This document shows, piece by piece, positions 58,120 to 64,000 of a stretch of 64,000 bases of DNA. The translations under genes and the position numbers were made by a program. The stretch covers positions 195,370 to 259,369 of the forward strand of contig JAIOOW010000003.1 of the NCBI GenBank assembly GCA_021414205.1. Direction: 5' to 3'. Below the pieces are notes generated by a model. That model had not been told where the DNA came from, did no database searches, and worked only from the letters and a program-made list of their open reading frames with translations. The DNA comes from Candidatus Anderseniibacteriota bacterium (GTDB lineage Bacteria; Patescibacteriota; Andersenbacteria; UBA10190). Each line of letters starts with the position of its first letter. Position 1 is the stretch's first letter.

Positions 58120-58158
58120 GGCTGCGTGGATTTTCTGCGCAGCCCTTTTTTATTTTTG
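58120..58158 (+). terminator. rho-independent terminator
   Basis: GGCTGCG...CGCAGCC stem then CTTTTTTATTTTT. Confidence 0.55.
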
Positions 58159-58167
58159 CTAGAAGTG

Positions 58168-58239
58168 AGCCAGCAGTGGGAATCGGACCCACGGTCTCGT
58201 CATTACCAATGACGTGCTTTACCACTAAGCTATGCTGGC
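58168..58239 (-). tRNA. tRNA-Thr (GGU)
   Basis: Acceptor GCCAGCA/TGCTGGC, D GCTT/AAGC, anticodon arm CGTCA-TTGGTAA-TGACG, T arm GTGGG-TCCGATT-CCCAC. Confidence 0.85.
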
Positions 58240-58269
58240 GATGGATGAAGTGTATGGTAGGCTGATTGT

Positions 58270-59763
58270 ATGTTCAAGTTTCTTGTACGGCTGTTTATTG
58301 TACTTATAGTTATTGGGGTAATTATCGGTGGTATTTTCTACGGGGTGCGCAGTATTAATGGAAAACATTCTGCGAAAACGCCGGAAGTATTGGGGGCAAG
58401 TCAGGTGGTCCCGGCGTTGCAAGCACTGCTTGTGCAAAGCGACGAAAAGAGCGGGCAAAAGCGAGTGCTTTCGTGCACGGAAAAGGGGTGCTCGGTGATT
58501 TCTGCGCCATCGTCATCTGATGAAAATGCATTGTCTGATGGGAGTTCGTGGTATCGATATTCTGAAAGCAAAGATAAGAATAGCGATTCAATTACGACGT
58601 TGGAAAAAGTGAGCAAAGACGGAACTGTTGAAAAAATATCTGAGCAAAATGCGCTGGTGAAACCGCGCGGGCTTACGATGAGCCAGGACGGTGCGAAGGT
58701 GGCATATTTTTTGGACAATGTTCACGACAATCAAGGACTTACGGAATTATGGGTATATGACAATACTCAAGGCGGAGCAAAGGTGGTTGCGGAGAATCTT
58801 GTACAAAAACAAATCGCATCTCGTGTGCGCTGGAATGCATCCTCGCGCGTCGCATGGTTTTTGCAAGATGGAGCAACGCGCCAATTTATTGCAGTGCCGG
58901 TGCAAGATAAAGCAGCGCCATCAGCGCGCTTTGCAAACGTGGATTGGAATACGTATTCGCAAAATGCGGATACCGGAGTAATGGATGTAAACGACAAAGC
59001 GAATCTCGTGGCGTTTACGGAGCCAACATTTTTTGGATTCTCCCAGCTCACTATCGCGCAAGATAGCGGAGGAATAACGAAGCATTCCATAAAAGGGAAT
59101 GTGGCGTTTGTTCGATGGATGGAAAACGATGCATTGTTATATGCGGTGCAGGATGGGCAAAATCTTGCGTTCTGGATTGCTAATAGCACAGGCGAGCGCC
59201 CTGTTGCGCGCATGCTCGGGCAATTTCGATCAGCGCATTCCTCCGGGTCTTCAGACTTGGCTGCGTTCGTAGCAGATCCGCATCCGGGAGAAAGTCATGT
59301 GTATGTGCTTCAAATCTCTACCGGTTTTGTGAGAGACGAAACGATCATCCCGAATTTTTCAGGAAATACGTATGTAGTGCAGGCAAATGAGGCGCAAGCT
59401 GAGCAAGATAAGGCGGTAGCGGGAATTTCCGGGCAATTACGCGACGAGGAGCTGCTCGCCTTTGTGAATGATCATCTCAAAGACATGACGGGCGATTCCC
59501 AGGCAAAGGCAGAGCGGATGCTGACTACGGATAGCAAGAATACGATCTATGTAGACTACACAAGCGGAAATACGACAGAGAGGAGAATCTTGGTAGTTAT
59601 CCAAGACGCAGTTCACCCCCAGTGGACCGTGCTCGCTCGCTATATCCCGATAGCGGGGCAATGGAAGCGGGATCAGGAGGCTCAGAATGCAGATCCTACC
59701 CCTAAGAGGCTGTATGAATACGAGACATCTGTTTCAGAGTGGATTTTAAAGGAAACCTACTAG
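58270..59763 (+). CDS. hypothetical N-terminally anchored extracytoplasmic protein (497 aa)
   Basis: TM helix LFIVLIVIGVIIGGIFYGV then soluble domain; no domain call. Confidence 0.6.
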   Translation: MFKFLVRLFIVLIVIGVIIGGIFYGVRSINGKHSAKTPEVLGASQVVPALQALLVQSDEKSGQKRVLSCTEKGCSVISAPSSSDENALSDGSSWYRYSESKDKNSDSITTLEKVSKDGTVEKISEQNALVKPRGLTMSQDGAKVAYFLDNVHDNQGLTELWVYDNTQGGAKVVAENLVQKQIASRVRWNASSRVAWFLQDGATRQFIAVPVQDKAAPSARFANVDWNTYSQNADTGVMDVNDKANLVAFTEPTFFGFSQLTIAQDSGGITKHSIKGNVAFVRWMENDALLYAVQDGQNLAFWIANSTGERPVARMLGQFRSAHSSGSSDLAAFVADPHPGESHVYVLQISTGFVRDETIIPNFSGNTYVVQANEAQAEQDKAVAGISGQLRDEELLAFVNDHLKDMTGDSQAKAERMLTTDSKNTIYVDYTSGNTTERRILVVIQDAVHPQWTVLARYIPIAGQWKRDQEAQNADPTPKRLYEYETSVSEWILKETY

Positions 59764-59804
59764 CAACTCTTGCAAAAAATAGGCTTTCTGGTATCATATC
59801 GACT

Positions 59805-59969
59805 ATGTCACAAGATTTCTTAATCCGCCTCCAATGCGTCGACTGTAAGTCGTTTAATTATCATACCCGCCGAAATTTGAAACGGCAGGATTCTATTAAG
59901 CTAGAACGCCTTAAGCACTGCAAAAAGTGCCGAAAACACACTCTTCACAAAGAGAAGCCGAAGAAATAA
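59805..59969 (+). CDS. rpmG: 50S ribosomal protein L33
   Basis: MSQDFLIRLQCVDCKSFNYHTRRN...HCKKCRKHTLHKE (CxxC...CxxC, HKE); trimmed from ORF 59739. Confidence 0.85.
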   Translation: MSQDFLIRLQCVDCKSFNYHTRRNLKRQDSIKLERLKHCKKCRKHTLHKEKPKK

Positions 59970-59996
59970 AAAACCGCCCGTAGGGGCGGTTTTTAT
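59970..59996. terminator. terminator hairpin shared by rpmG and convergent tRNA-Trp
   Basis: ACCGCCC-GTAG-GGGCGGT then TTTTAT. Confidence 0.5.
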
Positions 59997-59999
59997 ATG

Positions 60000-60070
60000 C
60001 AGGGGTGGAAGGAATCGAACCCTCGTTGGTCGCTTTGGAGGCGAATGTCTTACCACTAGACGACACCCCT
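60000..60070 (-). tRNA. tRNA-Trp (CCA)
   Basis: Acceptor AGGGGTG/CACCCCT, D GTCT/AGAC, anticodon loop CTCCAAA, T arm GAGGG-TTCGATT-CCTTC. Confidence 0.8.
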
Positions 60071-60117
60071 ATGGATGTTCATTGTACTGATATCCTGCTT
60101 GCTGTATAGTCTTCGCC

Positions 60118-60813
60118 TTACACTCTCGGATTTATCTGCGTAATGCTAATGAGGTCGGCGTGCACTAAAATACGGTGGCTGATAGACCACAATGGCCAAC
60201 ATGCCATAATCGACATGGTCGGGTACAGATGGTCGGATGGCACGGTGTAGCCGTTTGTCGGCACGATAGTTTCTGATTTGTATACCCTGTACGTGTATCG
60301 AGTACCTTTCCAATCTATGAGCATAGTATCTCCAGGCTTGATTTCATTGATACGGGTAAATGCGAATCTGTATTTGCCTTGCCATGGATATCCGGAGCTA
60401 TGAGCTGCCACGAAGACATTACCCAGTGCACCCGGTTCAACACCATTAGGATAGAGCGATGCTCCATTTTGGAGTGATGCAATCACGTCGGCGTCAGATA
60501 GCGATTTACTTTCAACGAGCGGAACGCTTACATCGATCGATGGAATGCGAATAAAATTTTGCCCTGCTTCAGCAGGATTGAAAGGGGGATTAAGAGGGAG
60601 CTTTGGGTATGGATGAAGAACAAGGTTGGGCGCAGAAGTCGGAGTTGGAGCAGGTACAGAGACCGTTTCTTGCGTTTGCTGGGTCGGTTGCTGCTGCGGA
60701 ATAACAAGGTTGCCAAATGCAGGAACGTACGAGATAAGAAGAAGAATAAGGCCGTAGAAAAAAGTCAGCGCAAACACGAATGTAGCAATAAATGTCACAA
60801 CAGGATGTTTCAT
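60118..60813 (-). CDS. sortase-family transpeptidase
   Basis: N-terminal TM; GNVFVAAHSSG (His), LYPTMSIMACWP (Cys), HRILV (Arg) in sortase order; start trimmed to MKHPVV. Confidence 0.7.
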   Translation of the reverse strand: MKHPVVTFIATFVFALTFFYGLILLLISYVPAFGNLVIPQQQPTQQTQETVSVPAPTPTSAPNLVLHPYPKLPLNPPFNPAEAGQNFIRIPSIDVSVPLVESKSLSDADVIASLQNGASLYPNGVEPGALGNVFVAAHSSGYPWQGKYRFAFTRINEIKPGDTMLIDWKGTRYTYRVYKSETIVPTNGYTVPSDHLYPTMSIMACWPLWSISHRILVHADLISITQINPRV

Positions 60814-60841
60814 AATGTTTTTTATTATAGCATAAATATGT

Positions 60842-60882
60842 AAAAAAAGCAAAAACCGCCTTGTTGGGCGGTTTTTGTTTTG
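60842..60882. terminator. bidirectional terminator
   Basis: A-run, AACCGCC-TTGTTG-GGCGGTT, T-run; downstream of the minus-strand histone-fold gene. Confidence 0.5.
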
Positions 60883-60897
60883 TAGGACCAAAAAGAC

Positions 60898-61074
60898 TTA
60901 TATGTCTTGTGGTTTTACAGTTGTTCGCTTGTTTCCTTTGGATCGCATAACAGCATCGTCTAATACCATCATGATTTTCTTATTGATAGCCTCAGGAAGG
61001 TCACCGGACATCTTTGCGTCCTTTTCTTTTAGATATGCTCGCACCTTGCTTGCAACAACGAGTAATTCGCTCAT
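60898..61074 (-). CDS. histone-fold DNA-binding protein (DUF1931 / bacterial HBb-like singlet, 58 aa); not in ORF track
   Basis: AGGAGGTG SD 8 nt upstream of ATG; MSELLVVASKVRAYLKEKDAKMSGDLPEAINKKIMMVLDDAVMRSKGNKRTTVKPQDI with KRTTV...DI histone-fold R-T/D-I clamp. Confidence 0.6.
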   Translation of the reverse strand: MSELLVVASKVRAYLKEKDAKMSGDLPEAINKKIMMVLDDAVMRSKGNKRTTVKPQDI

Positions 61075-61141
61075 AGATACCCACCTCCTTTACCGAAATG
61101 CATAAGATGTAATCTTTTCCACATCCATCAAAGTCTACCAT

Positions 61142-62260
61142 TTATGCAAGAAACAGGGCAAATGCGAGCAAAATGACTAATGATGCATGCCCGATCATGA
61201 TCGGGTGCTGGATCTCTATGCGAACAAAAATCGCAATAAGTAGCAATACGGCAATCGCGATAAAAATTGTGCCGATAAATTCGCGACTGATGCGTGAAAT
61301 AGTTGCGCCAAATACGGTGGCTGCTTGTGATGCCGGGTGAATGGTGAAGAGCGGTATTGCAGATATGACATCGGAATTTGATGCCACTGCAGAGTGCGCC
61401 GAGAATAATTGCCATGATCCGTCTGATGGAATCGCAAATTCTTCTGCATCAAACGAGGGAGATAAGATAATGCCAGAGATTGGGGGGATAGTTGATTGGT
61501 CTGTCGCAGGTTCAACTGAAGGCGTTGGGCTAGGAGTAGGAGATGGTTCGTTCGATGGCGAAGGCGCCGGGGTCGTTGTGGGGGTAAGTTTTGGCGGAAG
61601 TGCCTTTGCTTGCAGAAGTGCCGAAGGCGGAGGAGTGGGTTCTATAGTTGGTGCAGGCGTAGGTGCGGCTGCCGCTGCGAGTGGTTTCCCGAACATGTGC
61701 ACCACGATAATTGATGTGGACCCATTAAAGCTACCAGACTCTACTGCAACTCCCGTTTCGGTATAGTCTGTGCGGAGCATATTTTCTTTGTGCTTTGGAC
61801 TGGCAAGCCACCCAGCAACCACATCTTCTGCTGAGGTGAAATCCATAGCCAGATTTTCACCTGCTATTTCATAGGAATATCCGGATTGTTCCATCCAGTG
61901 CCATGGAGAAACCCCCGTCGGCGAGAAATGCGCAAAGTACTGATATTTAAACATGTCTTGCGCCTTTAACTCTGCTGCATGCGTAAGCGCGCCGTTTACT
62001 GCAAGATCTTTGAGCCCTACTTTTTCTCGTTCCGCATTCGTAAGCTGGATAATTCTATTCGTTGTAATAGTAGAGAGCGTCGCTTCGCTTGGAGTAAGCG
62101 CGATAATACTGATTGCAGCTATTTTTGCAGTAATTAGTAAGAGGGATATTGCTGTAAGAGACTTATGCCGCAAGGCAAGGGGATGGTGATTATTATCCGG
62201 ATGCGGAATAAAACATACCTTAGCGTGGTGAAGGCCACGCGCCAAAGTGGCATTGCTCAT
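61142..62260 (-). CDS. CAP/SCP/PR-1-like domain protein with PT-rich linker and C-terminal TM segment
   Basis: N-terminal anchor; CAP-like core (ALTHAAELKAQDM...HFSPTGV...GENLA...GWLASPKHKENM); PTPxP linker; hydrophobic C-terminus. Confidence 0.65.
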   Translation of the reverse strand: MSNATLARGLHHAKVCFIPHPDNNHHPLALRHKSLTAISLLLITAKIAAISIIALTPSEATLSTITTNRIIQLTNAEREKVGLKDLAVNGALTHAAELKAQDMFKYQYFAHFSPTGVSPWHWMEQSGYSYEIAGENLAMDFTSAEDVVAGWLASPKHKENMLRTDYTETGVAVESGSFNGSTSIIVVHMFGKPLAAAAAPTPAPTIEPTPPPSALLQAKALPPKLTPTTTPAPSPSNEPSPTPSPTPSVEPATDQSTIPPISGIILSPSFDAEEFAIPSDGSWQLFSAHSAVASNSDVISAIPLFTIHPASQAATVFGATISRISREFIGTIFIAIAVLLLIAIFVRIEIQHPIMIGHASLVILLAFALFLA

Positions 62261-62289
62261 ATGAGGTAGTGTATCGTATAAATAATCCT

Positions 62290-63357
62290 ATGAATATCGT
62301 TATCGTGGCAGGGGGCGGGGGAACAAGGCTTTGGCCTCTCTCTAAGAAGGCGTTGCCGAAGCAATTCCTAGATTTGGGAACGGGGAAAACTCTTATAGAG
62401 CATACGTTCGATAGAGCATTGCAATTAACTGATGCAAGTAATATTTACGTTGCTACTACCGAAGAACATGTGGCTAAGACAAAAGAGGTATTGCCAATGC
62501 TTTCTCCTAATCACATTTTCACAGAACCGGAGCGCCGAGAAACTGGCCCCGCGCTTGCAGCAACGGCGATCCAGCTGGTTGGATTAGGAAAAGGGGATGA
62601 GCCAGTTTTATTTTTGTGGGCTGATCATGTATTTACAGATGAGGCGTCTTTAGTAAGAGATTTGAATATCATGGGCGAGCTTGTTGCGAAAGATTCAAAC
62701 AGAATCGTTATTATGGGTCATGTGCCAGTGAGTCCGGAAACAGGATACGGTTATATGAAGATGGGCGAAAAAGTAGAAGGATATGACCATGTGCACAAGA
62801 TAGATGAATTCAAGGAAAAGCCCGACTTGGAAACGGCGGAGGGTTATGTTGCGGCTCAAACATATTTCTGGAATATGGGATACATATGCGTGACGCCGAA
62901 TTTCTTTTTGCAAGAACTTGCCGTGCATACGCCGGAGCTTGTGAGCGGAGTGAGAAAATTTGCAGAGGCGCTTGCAGGTCATGATGAGCAGCAAGCAAAA
63001 AATGCCTATCATGAACTCCCAAAAATCGCGATCGACTATGCGCTCAATGAAAAAACAAAGCATATTATTGCAGTAACAGGCGATTACGGATGGAGCGACG
63101 TAGGAAGTTGGGCAGTGGTGAAGGAATTATTTGGCGTGGATGGCGACCATGTGCCAAAAGGGCATCATGTGCATGTGGATAGCGATAATAATTATATTTA
63201 TAATGCTACAGACAAAGCTGTATCGCTCATTGGTATTCATAATACGGTAGTAGTGGTGACGGATAATGCGATTTTAATTTCGGATACTGCAAGTTCTCAG
63301 AAAGTAAAAGATGTAGTGAAGAAAATTGAAGAGAATGGGAAGGATGAATATTTATGA
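62290..63357 (+). CDS. mannose-1-phosphate guanylyltransferase-like nucleotidyltransferase
   Basis: IVAGGGGTRLWPLS...PKQF signature of NTP_transferase (GDP-mannose pyrophosphorylase family). Confidence 0.8.
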   Translation: MNIVIVAGGGGTRLWPLSKKALPKQFLDLGTGKTLIEHTFDRALQLTDASNIYVATTEEHVAKTKEVLPMLSPNHIFTEPERRETGPALAATAIQLVGLGKGDEPVLFLWADHVFTDEASLVRDLNIMGELVAKDSNRIVIMGHVPVSPETGYGYMKMGEKVEGYDHVHKIDEFKEKPDLETAEGYVAAQTYFWNMGYICVTPNFFLQELAVHTPELVSGVRKFAEALAGHDEQQAKNAYHELPKIAIDYALNEKTKHIIAVTGDYGWSDVGSWAVVKELFGVDGDHVPKGHHVHVDSDNNYIYNATDKAVSLIGIHNTVVVVTDNAILISDTASSQKVKDVVKKIEENGKDEYL

Positions 63358-64000
63358 TTAGTATCACTAACCCGAAGAAGTTCAGTATTATCGTATTTCT
63401 TGTAGTTATTATTTTGGGCGCAATTGCATTTAGATACGTGTGGGGTGCGGGAGTGATGTTGAAAACGGGCGATATAGAAATTCGACAAGGAGAACCTGCT
63501 TCTCAAATATGGCGCGACCTGGTGAATGACGGATACTCTGACCGCACGATTCCGTGGAAGTGGTACGGCCGTTCCGGAAGCGCGGAGAAGATTCAGGCAG
63601 GCATATACCATGTAGAAAAAGGCGAAAAAATAAAACCGGTTATTACCAGATTCATCACCGGCGATGTATCGGATAGTGAAGTGTCTATTACATTCCCAGA
63701 AGGATTTACGCTGCAGCAGATTGGGCAGCGTCTTGAGCAGCACGGAATTGGTACAGCGAAAGATTTTGAGAAAGAAGCTATTGTAAAAAACTATTCGGAC
63801 AAGTTCTCGTTTTTATCTCCACTTTCCCCGAATCGATCATTAGAGGGTTACCTATTCCCAGATACGTATCGAATTGCAAAAAGCGATACTGCGCATGATG
63901 TGATTATGAAAATGTTGGGCAATTTTGATGTAAAAGTTACGCAGGATATGCGTGATAGCGCAAAGTCACAGGGTAGAACGCTCGACCAAGTAGTTATTGT
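63354..64000 (+). CDS. mltG: endolytic murein transglycosylase MltG/YceG-like, 5' part (continues beyond window)
   Basis: ATG overlaps upstream stop (ATGA); N-terminal TM; LEGYLFPDTY YceG signature; open to window end. Confidence 0.8.
   Translation, partial: MISITNPKKFSIIVFLVVIILGAIAFRYVWGAGVMLKTGDIEIRQGEPASQIWRDLVNDGYSDRTIPWKWYGRSGSAEKIQAGIYHVEKGEKIKPVITRFITGDVSDSEVSITFPEGFTLQQIGQRLEQHGIGTAKDFEKEAIVKNYSDKFSFLSPLSPNRSLEGYLFPDTYRIAKSDTAHDVIMKMLGNFDVKVTQDMRDSAKSQGRTLDQVVI

Noticed and set aside
60875-61105. 76-aa plus-strand ORF
   Set aside because: It is antisense to the better-supported 58-aa histone-fold gene, which has a strong SD, a terminator and a recognisable fold signature.

Overview
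This 64-kb window is a gene-dense stretch of a small bacterial genome. By inference it is a reduced, episymbiont-like Patescibacteria/CPR-type organism, based on a compact housekeeping set, a sortase, giant surface proteins, an archaeal-type TyrRS and short intergenic regions.

Housekeeping genes on both strands are gatA (3' fragment), gpmI, pheS-pheT, gyrB, a threonine-aldolase-family PLP enzyme, secE-nusG-rplK-rplA, two tandem thymidylate-kinase-like genes, dcd-dut, an HI0933-like flavoprotein, gatB, miaA, thrS, dnaE, a SEDS (FtsW/RodA) protein, rplY, prmC-prfA-rpmE, rpsB-tsf, rpmG, a GDP-mannose pyrophosphorylase-like gene and mltG (5' part). Six tRNAs were read by hand: Met/Ile2-CAU, Asp-GUC, Tyr-GUA, Thr-UGU, Thr-GGU and Trp-CCA. 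There are many hairpin+T-tract terminators and three near-consensus sigma70 promoters. Envelope and secreted proteins include a 1381-aa multi-domain surface protein, GT2 plus GT-C-like glycosyltransferases, two paralogous beta-helix proteins, a CAP-domain protein, a CX5R phosphatase and a sortase.

Standout observations:
1. An AT-rich two-gene operon (51664-54850) sits on the 3' side of tRNA-Tyr. Its second protein ends in a HEPN-like Rx4H motif (LRNNFAHG), and a nonsense-interrupted gene remnant follows. This is a candidate undescribed defence/abortive-infection-type module.
2. An archaeal/eukaryotic-type TyrRS lies directly beside a class-I tRNA-Tyr (5-nt variable loop, C1-G72).
3. An unlisted 58-aa histone-fold (DUF1931/HBb-like) gene with a strong RBS.
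4. A ~215-nt highly structured RNA-like element between the beta-helix operon and a standalone Clp-N-domain gene. Two such Clp-N-only paralogues flank that operon.
5. An N-terminally truncated ThrRS lacking the editing domain.
6. A Pif1-family helicase translationally coupled to a GIY-YIG nuclease.
7. Tandem Tmk-like paralogues, the second lacking the Walker-A lysine.

No CRISPR array, rRNA, transposase or integrase was found.
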